DNA from: Takakia lepidozioides
Taxonomy: Eukaryota; Plantae; Bryophyta
DNA length: 64,000 bases
Direction: 5' to 3'
NCBI GenBank assembly: GCA_030704615.1
Contig: CM060734.1
Coordinates: 41,602,001-41,666,000, forward strand
Part shown: one piece after another, positions 47,097 to 59,799 of the stretch
Layout of the letters: each line of letters opens with the position of its first letter
How positions within the stretch are numbered: position 1 is the stretch's first letter
Made by a program: the position numbers and the translations under genes
Notes under the pieces: model-generated
Database searches by the model: none
Seen by the model: the letters and a program-made list of their open reading frames with translations, nothing else
What the model was told of the DNA's origin: nothing

Positions 47097-47894
47097 TGCC
47101 GCTTCCAGTTGACCATCTACCCATGTAGGTTTCTTGTAACTATCCTTCCATAGGGAATCATAGGTAATGTGGAGCTTGAAATCCAGCCCTCTTGGATGAA
47201 TCTGGACCCACACTCTATCCCTGCTCCTTCAGCTATCCATGCCTCTGACAGCCTACAATTCTACCAGCAAACACCCCAACAATACTGGTGTGGAGTTCTT
47301 CCCCAAAACACCCCAACCCTACTTATCACAATCTGAAATGCATCTGCTTCTTCTCTGTAGTCCAACAGGCATTTGCCTTTTTGTCTCCATTGTCCCACCA
47401 TTGGGGTCGGAAAGTGTTCACCCCAAAGCTTCTCCTCACCTCTATTATATGTTTTTGGATACTTCCCTGCTGCCACACTAGCAATAACTTGCCAAAGTCA
47501 CTCCAAACCACCACAGATCTACCCAACGACCTAACTTACAGAATTCAATATGCATCTTGCGGCCGAGTCTGATGAGAGGGCAACACAGGCTGAAATAGGT
47601 TGAAGAAGAAGGTGCCCTACCACATTGTCCTGACCCATGGAGGATTTGACCGATGACCTCTTGTGTGTGCTGCTTGTGTCTGTAGTCAGGTAATGTCGGA
47701 TTGGTCTGTGAGATCGAACCACTACGGCGTAGCTGAGTAGATTGAAACACGCTTGCTAAGACTAAGCTGACTCTCCCAAGAACGGCGAGCTCGCTTCTCC
47801 TCGTCTCGTCTCCTCCTCCTATTCTCTTTCGTGCATCATTTGCTCAACGCCTCCATCCCACGCCCCTGCATATCCTGCTATCATCGCGTTCCAT
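47097..47894 (-). pseudogene. Captured host fragments inside the CACTA (PDF-motif exons with introns, plus a PPR P-motif piece)
   Basis: About 47330-47783 is the reverse complement of about 58396-58870; about 47097-47290 matches about 59480-59705; 47826-47894 translates to WNAMIAGYA..GRGMEAL. Confidence 0.85.
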
Positions 47895-50769
47895 CCCTCA
47901 GCTATGTGGTGTGGCGTAGGAGACAAAAAAACGCCAAGTCCCAGCCCTCCTTTCTGTTCACGATTACACTAATGGACAACCTTATTAACAATTTTTTAAC
48001 TTTTTTAAACCTAATGGGCAACCTTATTTGCATTATATGTGCCTTCAAAATGACACGTGTAGTGATGTAGTCGTATAAATAGAGCTCTGAAACCATCTTC
48101 AGTCATGGAGTCATAAGATTCCATGAAACGTCGTCCACGTGTAGTCAAACATATCACACTAGTCATATAAACCATCCCTGTCATCATGGTCAACAATGTT
48201 TGACCAATGCTCCCTAACTTTCCGGAGTCATGTAGTGATATCCACTACTACAAAGTCATAAAACTAAAACTGTAATGCATTTCAGCGCTCTGTAGTCATC
48301 TACCTAGTGCAGTTTTTATGACTCCGCCAAAGCCGTAGTCCTAAAAACGCTCATCTCTTGTAGTGTACCAAGGTGTACGGACAGAGAAGCTACGAAGTTT
48401 GCAAGACTTCCAGCGCAAATCCAGTGAGAGCTTGCGAGAGGCCTACACTCGTATGAGGCGCTTGATAAGTGTGACCCAGGGGGTTACTGAAGCTCAGGCA
48501 ATCTAGTTCCGGTATGGAATTTTGGACAAGGAGTTCAGGAGAAGGGTGCGGGATGCAACCCTGTTACAAGCAGCCCAACTCACATTAGCAGATGTGTTTA
48601 TGCTGGCTAAGCGGATTGAGTTCAACATGGTGGAGGAGCGAGTTGTTACCATTGGATTTGGCAAGGACATGTCTGCACGAGGCACAACTGCCAGCCAACA
48701 GGCACAACTGCCAGCCAACAGGCACAAGGGACTGCCCAACAGCGTGGTCAAGGGGGCAAGGTTTCCCAACCCAAATTCCATGGAGCTTACAAAGGACCTC
48801 AGGTGCAGAGGCCAGTAGCATCTTTTGCAACCCAATAGCAACCAGGGGTGATATGTTGGACATGTGGAGGACCTCATGTCAAGAAAGATTGCCCAGAGAG
48901 TGGCAAAAGGTCGGCACAAGCACAACTTGCACAGTTGCAGTGTGGGCATTGTGGCAAGTATGGCCATAGAGATGCCCAGTGTTATGACTTGCAACCTGAG
49001 TTGCGGCGAGGCCAGTTCAAGGGAACAATGGTGGCCGAGGGCAATGTGGAGCACCTCAGAGAGGACGAGGTGGTCAAGCACGAGGTGCAGAACGAGGGCA
49101 AGCACAGTATGGCCAAGGACGTGGAGGTTAGGGCGTTGACCAAGGTATGGCCAACCGGCTTCAGCAGCTAGAGCAAAGGCTTGCTGCCATGGCCACAGCT
49201 CAGGTGGTACCAGCTCCAAGACCTGAGGGTCCACCTCCTGTCCTCCTCAGCAGCGTCATCCTAACGGAGGAGACATGGGAGGCATGGGATTTATGTGTGG
49301 GGCAGCACTACCACTAGTGCAGGTGGAGTCTGTTGCAGCCGTCACTCGAGGAGCAGCACGAGTTTCTGAGCCACGAGGTGCAGAGGTGGAGTTGGATCCA
49401 CACCGTGGGGAGGCAAGCCGTCAGGCTAGGTTGCCTCAATCATTCATCTTGGCAGAGACAGTGTCGACGCCATCCATGGCACCTAGTTCTCGCCCAATGG
49501 ATACCGAGGCATATGTTATTGTGTCATTGGGAAGAGCTACACGTGCAGCACTGACACCTGCTGCCAAGGCTAGTGCAGCCAGTGTGTTGTTGGGGGCGGC
49601 CACCTCTGTGTGTCAGGCCCCACTGTTCTCGGCAAGCATGATTGCGACGCCGGGGGTAAGACCAGCTGCGGTGTTCAGACTAGCAGCAACACTCTGTGAG
49701 AGTGGGGAGATCACTTCATCTTCTGCGGAATTAGTGGAAGGTGTAGTGGCAGAGGGATCCTCGGATTTGAGGGTCAAAACTACCACGGCTGCGCCATGAC
49801 AAGGTGCAGCTGCCAGGTTGATGGAGCTGCAAGCTAGGCCAGCCTTTGAGCGCGCTATGGTGACACCTGGAGTTGTTTTGTTAGACAACCAGGATGACAT
49901 TTTCTCTTTGAGTGAACCGGCAGGCAAGAGGTTCAAGTGTTAAGTCAGGTGTCAAGTTTAGCTTGACACCTGAACCATCTTATCTTCACGAGAGCGTCAG
50001 TCGTGTGGCTTATCTCTCTCGAGTTGAGCCTGCACGACCGAGCTCCTTTACTGCTTAGAATCTGAGTGTGCTTATGAAGGGAGAATATGATGTTGTGGGG
50101 TGGAGTCCCCATAGCTTGGGGTGCCCCTGGCTCGATTCTTAGTTTAACGAGTGATGGTGTTGTATTTCATGTTCTTGTATCAACAATGTGAGTTTAGTTT
50201 TCATATCAATTGTGGCAGACTACTTTATTGTCCATATATGTGTGGTGTAGTTTGGAGAGCGATGTAGTTGTGTAGCAATACGTATGCGCACGACATGATT
50301 GTTAGGTTGTAGTACGACAGATTTTCTGTGTCCCCCTCTTCCTTATCCTCAACTAGATATACGACTGATACCACCTCTGAAATTCTATGGTTGTGGTAAG
50401 GGCACGACAATAGATCTTGTCTTCATGTTCATTTAGTTGCATTATCTTGATATCAGTCATTAGCGCATAGGCTTCGCCTCAGGGAATCATCGGTATTAAT
50501 CCGGGACTTAGATGCTCTTCCTGATTCTTCTGCTTCTAGTAGCTTTGCCCAACCTATAGGAAAAACCCACCCTCTAGTAATTATTCAAATTATGTATTTG
50601 AGTGGCTTGACGGACTCCCAGACATACTTGGACCAGTTGAAGATATAGATGACATAGAATAGATACATATACTAGGGTTTTTGATATTACAGTGTGTATG
50701 CTTCCGACCAATTGTACACAATTATTTGACCCACTCATTTGTTCAGCTAAAAAAAAAAAAACAGACTTA

Positions 50770-51680
50770 CACAGGTAAGCGTGAGTCGGCCGTCGCATTT
50801 ATTTTTCAAAACAAAAATAAAATATGACCTCTGAATTTGGGCAGTCGCACGTACTTTTTTCAAAACAAATTATATGTGATCGCCGAAATTGGGCGGTCGC
50901 ACGTACCTTTTTCGAAATAAATTATATGCGATCGTCGAATTGCATGTATTTTGTTTTAAGAAAAAAAAATCTTTGACCACCAAATTTTGGCGGTCACTAC
51001 ACATATTTTTAAATTTAACAAAAATCTTATGCAACATTTCGATTTTTTACGATCCCACGTTTAAGTTTGTATCATCTTCAGTCAAGTCCTAAAACACAAT
51101 AAAATTTGTAGTTAGACGATTACGTAGATTTGTGGAACGACGGAAGAAAAAAAAAAAAAACCACCACATGGCGACGGTTGGCAGTACCCCACCTTTGCCT
51201 GTCGGTCGTTCAATTGTGGGGTTTTTTGGTCGTCTGCCTATCAATCGACGGTCACCGGCGCCAGCGATTGTCCAAATGACGTTTAAATCCATAATTGTTT
51301 TTTTATAAAAATAAATTGAAAATCAAGCAACTGTCATACAGTCATCGTCGCCCAATAGTCTCCACGGCGTAAGAGAATTTTTCTTTTTGAAAAAATATTA
51401 TCCGCATAATCACAGTTGCCCGTCGTCCGACGGTTTTCCCGACATTGGCGATCGCCCAACTGTCGTTCGGTGGGCGCCTGCCCGTTTGTTCCTGTCGCCC
51501 CGCCGTTGCCCGATTGTTGCGCGGCGGTCCCTGTTGCTCTAATGATCTAAGATTTTATTATTATTTAAAAAGAAATCAAATGTGGAATACATGTAGGCTA
51601 TCCTAAAAAATGTAGTACCAAAATAAATAAATAAAAATTTATCAGAATTAAAATTGATTCCGTCATGACGGTCGCCATGT
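50770..51680. repeat. AT-rich motif-array element related to 9830-10620
   Basis: ttgggcggtcgcac / gacggtcgcc-type motif copies. Confidence 0.5.
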
Positions 51681-53529
51681 ATAGACGTAGTTTATCTCTT
51701 TCATAGTTGAATTGTGAGCTATATGGCTTGCAAAATATTCTTCAAGTGCTATTGTATTTGTGCTTTGTCAGCCTCCTACTTCATAAATAGAGTCAGACTT
51801 GATGATTTAGCATTACGTTGAGTAAAAAATATATATTGGATAAAATGGGCCCCAAAATTCATATATTTCAATTTGACTTGTTCCTTATCTCCCAATCCAA
51901 ATGGTGGTGCCACCCCGGGAAGTCACTCGGCATGAATTCCAAACCATGTGCGATAAAACATAGGGTCCAACAAACTTTTGAAAAATAAAAATTCTAAGAA
52001 GATTTAATTTTAACAAAATGTTTTGGTATTATGAAAATTATATTCATAGAAAATATACTGGTACTTCTTTGTCTTTGTGTTACATTTAAAAATATATATA
52101 TATATTAAAAATTAAAAAACAGTTGTTGAGCTAGGATTCCCTTCACCATTATGATTATTGTCACTTTAACTTATCATCCAGAAAAAAATTTGTATGTATT
52201 AGATAGAAATGATGACGACTCATTGAATGAGTTTGTTACATAACGACAGTAGGTAATATTCGATTGAATAAAGTTCATGTATTTTGTTATCATGTGCTGC
52301 TACAGTTTTTTTGTTCCCCTTCAAATTGAACTCTATATAATATTTTAAAATAAATTTTGGGTGCTGATAAAAGAATCTAGTATGTTTTATAATTCAAAAT
52401 AGGATGTCTACAAAAACCCGTATTACAAATTATGTAATGCAAAGGTAAAAAAAAAACCAAATAATACTCCCGAATTATACACCCTTTGTTCGCATAAAAT
52501 TTTACAAGGAGTGTCAATCTCTCCGGGGGTGCTACTAAAATACTAGGATTAAGGTGATGTTTCTTCCATATAGTTTGTAACATGTTCAATTTGGATATAA
52601 TGTGTTATGTGGTCCAGATGTCAGTTTTCGTGGCCCATAAAAAAGAGGCCCGGGCCTGATGTGCAATGGACAATTCAAGAGGTCTGAAAATTCCGAGACC
52701 TAAATGGCCTAAATTCCTACAGTCTAAATCTGAACCTCGAACCACCTTTTTATTTGTAACCAAGACTTTTCTAAGATTTACAAACATTCATCATTTAATC
52801 ATGTTGTTAACTACATCCCCTACCTTGAACTAAAATTTCATGACATTTGGTCATAAGAGTTGGAAACTCCTCACCAGCTGCATGAAAAGTTTTTGCAACT
52901 TTTATGGAGTAGGAAAATATTTCACCAGGTTTAAATGGCTAAGCCAATTGAGTGAAAATTCCATATGAACATGCTTCAGGATATTGGTCACCTTCCGCTG
53001 TATTTTGAGAGTTTTGGGACAAGATTTGGTTCTACCTCCTTTGTAGTGATCCGGCAGAGGGGGGTTCTACATATTGCAATTTTTTCTGTATTTTGCGGTT
53101 TTTTTGGTTTTTGGAAAAAACTTGGGTATGGGTTTTGGAAAAGTGAACGGTAGTGCCAATGCTATGAGTCAAGTTGGGAAGATCATCCTGAATTTCTGAT
53201 TGAGTTCATCATTGCAAACCCTCCGAGATGTGGGTTATAGTACCCATGAACAATTGGGGGGAGAGTTGAAAGTGCTAAAAATAGAGAGGGTGGGAACGAC
53301 CAATAGGGTGACATTGTAGGGTTACGATGACAGTCCTAGTTTTGTGATAGATTTTTGACAACTGTCCACGTTGCGACAATCATGTATGCTTCCAGAAAAT
53401 TCCACTGCCGTTTGAAGGTCTCTGCTTGCCGTTTGAAGCCCCTGTTGGAAGCCCGCAATAGAAGATGAGAGGTTCAGGATAGGCGTGAAAGCAGATGCTA
53501 GTAGGAAGACAAGGGATCGATTTAGAGTG

Positions 53530-54060
53530 GGTAAGAATTTCATTCAAGCTAGTGTTACTATTGGCGTGGGAGGAACAGATATCGATCGTACCTGTATGAC
53601 AAAAATAGGTGCCTTCCTGCGTCGATAATGTGAGTCCGATATTTTTTCTTTGGAAAGAGGTGGGAGTCTTCTACATTTGCATTTGCAAATGGTATGCAAG
53701 TTGATAAAAACTGAATTGGGGTGGGATGATCCAAAAATTGTTCTACCTGACAATTACGTCCATTGTAAACTCTTGAAACACACTGGCTTGCATACGTATA
53801 CTAGAATAGTTGGGTACTGCTTGAAAGATAAAGATGAACCCGACTTTGAGTTTGTTCATAGCAATGTTATGAGTGATGAGATGAACTAGGGCATGGAGGA
53901 ATATATCAAGTTTGGTGCTAGTGCTACCAAGAATCATGTGTTTTTGAGATATCAGAACCTTGTACATCGAGCACATATTATGTGGTGTAAATACAAGATG
54001 CGGAGTGTTCTATCTTCCACGCTGCCAAAAGTTCTGTTCGATATGATGAAATCTGGATTG
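53530..54060 (+). mobile_element. Replitron-like HUH endonuclease relic
   Basis: One frame reads ASVTIGVGGTDID...ERGGSLLHLHLQ (HUH)...GLHTYTRIVGYCLKD (YxxK)...KNHVFL; two in-frame stops. Confidence 0.75.
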
Positions 54061-54955
54061 GTTCCACCAATAGTTTCTTCTTCTAGCGCTTCGTCTGCTT
54101 GTGAGGTGCACAATGTTTCCTCTTCTTCTAAGCTACTGGAGAACGTCGCTAAGGTGGATTTGCTCGTCGGGTGCAATATATCCTTGTTCACGTTCCATTT
54201 CACGTATTTTAAATTCTGTACAAAGCTACTTGTACAAATTTGTATTTAATCTTTGTGAATACAGCATGCCACTTTCGCTTTTCTGGACCAATGGATGATT
54301 TTGTATTCCACTTCCTTCCAACATTCATTTTTGCACATCAAAAAGTTTTAAGAAAACAGCCATAATACAGTTCTGCATAGCCCCTCGTTTCTTAGGGTGT
54401 TCCCATGGGAAGCGGGGGTCACCCAACAGCCACCCCACGTGTGCCTAGGCGTTTCCCAAGTGCCAACAGCCACCTCCGCTGCCCAAGATTCGGGCAGCGG
54501 GCAAGGCGTATACGGTACACCACAAATCTGCCCGTAAATCACGATTTGGGCTATGTCCATCACCATAACTTTCTGCCAATTGCACCAATCAGCCTGGGGC
54601 AGGTGCCTTTGGAAAGCCCTTGTTTCGGGCTACAATTTATCTTTTGAAAAGTTTTGAATCGGATGTAGATCCAGAAATATATACATGTTTGAATAAGATC
54701 CCTAATTACTGTAAACTCCTCTTAGTCTATTTTATACTTAGTCAAATCTTCCCCACCCTCTATGGAGAGAGACAAGGAGCTAAATGGAGTGTAACTCCAT
54801 TCGGGGTTACACTCTGGGTGCATGGAAGGAGTCTAATCGACCCATTTCTGGTCGATTCAGCGCTCAGGGTTTAGGGTTAACTTGCTTTGAATTGCTTCAG
54901 TATCCAGATCTGATGTATACACATAAGTATTTACAGCATTCGTCCAGCCCGAGTA

Positions 54956-57329
54956 TCAGTACAAGTGATCTGGCAAGCGGGGTCTTGCAATCAGATGCAG
55001 TGGAACTGCCCGTGGTAGAGTGAGACCAAAAGACTCAGTCATGTCCAGATCTTTTGGACCTTGCTCGTTGGGAAGAGACCAGTCGAAGCTATGGAGGAGA
55101 GAAGCCAGTGCGTTGTGCACAAGGAGCAGGCCCAAGGAAATGCCAGGACACCCGCGCCTCCCAGATCCAAATGGCAAAAGTCGATAATCTCGGCCCCGAA
55201 CGTCAATGTCTGGAGCCTTCATGAATCTTTCTGGGTCAAATTCAAGGGGCCGACCCCATGCACTTGGGTGTCGCCCTATTGCCCATACGTTCACATAAAG
55301 GCGAGTGTTTGCGGGCACATCATAGCCTGCTACTTTGCAGGCCTCCATCGACTGGTGAGGTATCATTAAAGGTCCCGCTGGATGAAGGCGGAAAGTCTCT
55401 TTGATTATTGCTTGCAGGAACTTGAGATCATGAATATCTGATTCCTCCACTTGACGATCACGCCCAACTACTGCGTCTAGCTCGTCCTGCGCCTTTCTCA
55501 GGAGGTGGGGATGGCGTATCAACTCTGACATCGCCCACTCCATTGTGACAGTCGATGTATCAGTCCCTCCAGCATACATGTTCTGCAAATTTACCAGGTT
55601 GCATGATATCAAGTTGAATTTTGACGGCAGACCTGAACAAGTTACTAAAATTCTTTCTGATGTTTGAAGACAGATATTGTCAGAAATTGTTTGAACTCGT
55701 GAATCTTGTATACCGACAACTTTTCATTGCAGTGAACATGTATATGTCATTTAACTTGATCACTAGACCAACCGAAGTTACGAAAATGTCTGGAACGTCA
55801 GCTGGCAACAATGTTCATGCATGTGATTTCAGTATACACTCTGGCCATATGTCCTAACATTTGAAAGTGAGCCTCCAGATTTAGAGCACCGGTTGGAATT
55901 GGGTTCGATCTACATCCTACAACCACGTAAATCAAGTACGACAAACGGCCTGCAAGTGATGTTCAATTGACCACATCACATGTGCAAATCGAGATCAAAT
56001 TAGAACTTCCCGACCGGCCAAAATATTATTTCTAGGCTCTAGCGTGAGCTTTTTGAAGTGAAGTTCTCTTCGAGAGCCACCTTCAAGACCAGCTCCTTTT
56101 AGAGTTTCGCTAAGGTGGGAAACTGGAAAAGTCTGCACCAGAAAAAAGACATTGAACAAGTTCTCATCCCTCTAATCATAGTACTTAGGGGTTAAGATCC
56201 TACCACCACGGTGCTCTTGATTCCATCCACAGTGAGTTTGTCTAGTTGTTGTTGTTCGGACATCTCAGATAAAAGCAGGTCAACCATATCTTTTGAATCT
56301 TCACTTATAGGCCTTTGCAGGTGTTCAGCTATGATCTTGTCCAAGAACTTGTCCAGACGTTTCCTTAATGCTTTCATGCGGCGCTCATAGCCCTGCATAT
56401 CCATCCACTGCAGGCAAGGAATATAGTCTCCTACGTTGAATACCCCTTGTAAGATGAACAACTCCTCAATCAACTCCTTGAATTCAGTTGCCTCGGATTC
56501 CTCTTCTCCCGTGCATGTACTCGACATAGCACTGAAGCGTTTATTGAGGACCATACGCGTTACCACATTGGATGTAAACTGGTGCAGTTTCAGCTTGAAG
56601 TCGACAATCCTTTGTTGTTGTGAATCTTGTGAGATGGCTCGCAACATATACTGCAACTCTTGTTTTCTCATATACTGTGATGCGTCTAATCTCCTTGCAG
56701 TAAAGAGTTCGAGAGTGCAGATCCTTCGCAACTGCCGCCATACTGGGCCATATGGTGCAAACGCAATACCTGTCCAGGCCAAGAAACGTAATCTATCCGC
56801 TGTTAGCCTAATTGTGACAAGTTTATCATAAGGAAACACACCCTGAGGCGATCACGCAGCCTTGACTAAACACTCAAAAAGCAGCTTTCACGTAGTAGAG
56901 TACTTAATATATTCACATGAGAAAAGCCTCTAGTATTGCATACCACGGCGCGGATATATGCAAAGAGACGCGACCTTGGTAACCGTAGGAGAAGTATTTG
57001 GGATGAGCGCCCGTTGTAGATCGCGAGGAGAAGATGTGATCATACGTCTTGAGAAACTCGCGAGCCATGTCCGGACTTGTGACGACAATGCATGGGGTCG
57101 ATCCCAGCCGCAGTGAGTAGATGGGTCCATACTGTTCGGAGAGGCGAGCCATAGTCTGATGCGGAAGAGCTCCCAGGAGAGGGAGGTGGCCTACAATGGG
57201 CCACCCTGGTGGCCCTGGAGGCCGCTTCATGCCTCGGTTGCAGGCCTTAAGCAGATACAGAGGAACGATCAGTACTGCCAGAGCTGCCAACACATAATAA
57301 ATTAGCTGCAACAACCCAAGTTCCTCCAT
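54956..57329 (-). CDS. Cytochrome P450, CYP71 clan; 3 exons (57329-56975, 56769-56204, 55582-54956), 515 aa, apparently intact
   Basis: GT-AG introns join in frame (355+566+627=1548 nt). TM anchor, PPGPPGWPIVGHL, AGGTDTS, KETFR, FDPERF and PFGSGRRGCPG heme motif are all present. Confidence 0.93.
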
Positions 57330-58229
57330 GTTGATCACCTAGTGCAAAGACACATCAAATAATTATGCCGATCACTTTCATCTCCACCATCTAGGTGCTT
57401 CCCTTTGCCTATTTCCCAGATCAGGTAGAGCTCATCTGGAGCACCTACTGTGTCTAGCAACAACAGATCCCTGGGTGTGGTAGCGAACTATCTCTTTCCA
57501 AACAGTTTCTCTTTCTTTCTTCTCTGTCAATCTGCCTTTTCTATCAGCACCGATTTTGACTGCACCCATTTTTCTCGCTTTTGGCAAACGATTGCATCCT
57601 CATCCTTTATATCTCGATTCTCAGGTACCTCTAAGTTACTCCAAGTCCAAGCTTGAACGTCCTGTGTATAACGTGGCGTGCAGACCACAAGCAGCTGCGC
57701 CTGATAGGGATACAGATGCGAGGACGGGGGTCGGCCATTGACAGCTTCTCTCTCCCCCACCAATTATCTGCGGCCAAGTGTCATGCATAGCTGGAAAGCC
57801 CTTGGACTCTTCTGGCAAAGGAATCCCGGAGCAGTCCTCTTCATCTTTTTTGTTTGTTTTTTGTTTCCTGGGAAACACCAGCCCCAGCAACTGGGCCTTG
57901 GAGGGAAAATTTCATCTTCATCTTTTTTTTTTCTTTTTTTTTGGGGTTCATCTTTTCGATGCACAGAAAACTACAGTACAATCCTTCCACAAGCTTCCCC
58001 CCGCTGACAGGCGAATTCGCCACTTTGTGGGCTCATGTGCGCGGTCCTTGGGTTAGCATCTGTGTAAGTCCGGGCATGTTCGTTGTTCCTCATAGTGTAG
58101 AGCCCAATGGAGCCCAAAACAACTTGCATGAATGTTGTTCAAAAGCTCACTAGCACCCCTGAGTAAAGGACCTTGTCAAAATGTTGATGCTGTCGGATTT
58201 CGAGCACAAACCTCTACCTTGGAGCACGG

Positions 58230-59705
58230 AGCAGAGCTGGCATGAGTTTTCTAAAGATCCTTCAGAGGTGGTGGGACAACCGCAATCGCAAGGTGTGGCT
58301 TTTTCTTAATGTACGATGTGAAGAAGTTTGGCCATCCTGCAAATGTGGGCTCTTGGCTCCTGTTAGTACTGATTTGGTATTCTTCCTGATACAAGGTTCT
58401 TGGGAGAGTCAGCTTGGTCTTAGCAGGCCGTGTTTCAACTCTGCCTGCTCAACTGCACCGTGGTGGTTCTCACAGACCAATCCGACATTACCTGACTACA
58501 GACACGAGCAGCACACACAAGAGGTCCTTTTGGGTTGATGGTCGGTCCATGGGTCATGACACAAGGTCAAGGAAAATGTGGTGAGGGCACCTTCTTCTTC
58601 AACCTATTTCAGCCTGTTTTGCCCTCTCATCAGACTCGGCCCTGAGATGCATATTGAATTCTGTGAGTTAGCTCGTTGGGTGGATCTATGGTGGTTTGGA
58701 GTGACTTTGACAAGTTACTGCCGATGTGGCAGCAGGAAAGTATTCAAAAACAGATAAAGGAGGTGAGGAGAAGCTTTGGAATGAACACTTTTCCGACCCC
58801 AGTCAATGGTTGGACAATGGAGACAAAAAGGTGAATGTCTGTTGGACTACAGAGAGAAGCAGATGCAATTCAGAATTGGAACTACTGTAATAAGTAGGGT
58901 TGGGGTGTTTGCTGGAAGAACTTCACGCCACCAGTGTCAGCTGCTAGCAGCAAGGCTGAGGGTGTATTCATGATTTGTACACAGGTAGGGATAGCTGATA
59001 GCATGATTTGTACCAGGGATAGAGGTCCAAATTCATCCAAGAGGGCCGGATTTCAGACACAAGATTACTTCTGATTCCCTGTGGATCAATAGCTACAAGA
59101 AATCTGCGTGGGTAGATGGACTGGAAACAGCAGCGGCAGCAGCACAATTGATAGAACAAGACACTGCTAATGAAGGCACCTTCTTCAACACATTTCAGGC
59201 TGTTTTTCCCTGTTATGAGAGTTGTCCCTAAATTTTCATGTTGAATTCTGCAAGTTAGCTTGTTGGTGGATCTATGGTGGTTTTGGAGTGATTTTGACAT
59301 GTTACTGCCAATGTGGCAACAGGAAAAGTATTGAAAAACAGATAACAGAGACCAGGAGAAGCTCTGGAATGAATACATTTCCGACCCGAGTCAATGGTGG
59401 AACAATCGAGGCAAAAAGGTGAATGCCTGTTGGAAGCAGACGCAAGTCAGCATAGGAACTAGTGTGATAAGTAGGGTTGGGGTGTTTGCTGGAACAATTC
59501 TAGGCTGTCATTGTCAGCTGCTAGCAGCAAGGCAAAGATGTATGCATGATTTGTGCAGAGGCATGGATAGCTGAAGGAGCAGGGATAGAGTGTGGGTCCA
59601 GAGTCATCCAAGAGGGCCGGATTTCAAGCTCCAGATTACCTATGATTCCCTGTGGAAGGATAGCTACAAGAAACCTGCATGTGTAGATGGTCAACTAAAG
59701 GCAGC
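58230..59705 (+). pseudogene. Three intron-split OSB-type PDF ssDNA-binding motifs upstream of the PPR array
   Basis: Spliced by eye: WHEFSKDPSE/WWDNRNRK|TNPTLPDYRH..; KLWNEHFSDPSQWLDNGDKK|IHPRGPDFRHKITSDSLWIN..WV; KLWNEYISDPSQWWNNRGKK|SHPRGPDFKLQITYDSLWKD..V. Each has a GT donor right after the last Lys codon. Confidence 0.8.
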
Positions 59706-59799
59706 AGCTGCAGCGGCACAGTTGATAAAATCAGGCACCTCAACCATGACCACAGCTTCTGAAAGAGGATCAAGAGAGGGAGTCCACAATACCTCTTGT

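Larger units (their letters stand above)
36117..48365. mobile_element. CACTA (En/Spm) DNA transposon, about 12.2 kb
   Basis: Right end ...ctcttgtagtg (CACTA reversed); TSD TAC (36114-36116, 48366-48368); excision restores gag ELLRNY|QGVRTEKL. The left TIR lacks its outer ~17 bp. atatgacta/tagtcata subterminal repeats occur at both ends. Confidence 0.92.
35003..50295 (+). mobile_element. Second, internally deleted member of the split-repeat Gypsy-like family (interrupted by the CACTA)
   Basis: Leader about 35003-35400 is homologous to about 18660-19060. Gag 35451-36116 plus 48369-49930 is homologous to 19116-21290. A deletion then joins to partial A2 (49931-50208), 'at', and B2 (50211-50295) ending tatgcgcacgaca. 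5' terminus not found. Confidence 0.85.

Noticed and set aside
9104-50299. Idea that the inverted A1 at 9104 is the displaced 5' end of the element ending at 50295
   Set aside because: The flanks differ (tggt versus tgat), so there is no matching TSD; treated as separate insertions.
52570-53325. Possible solo LTR upstream of the replitron relic
   Set aside because: Termini and TSD could not be defined.
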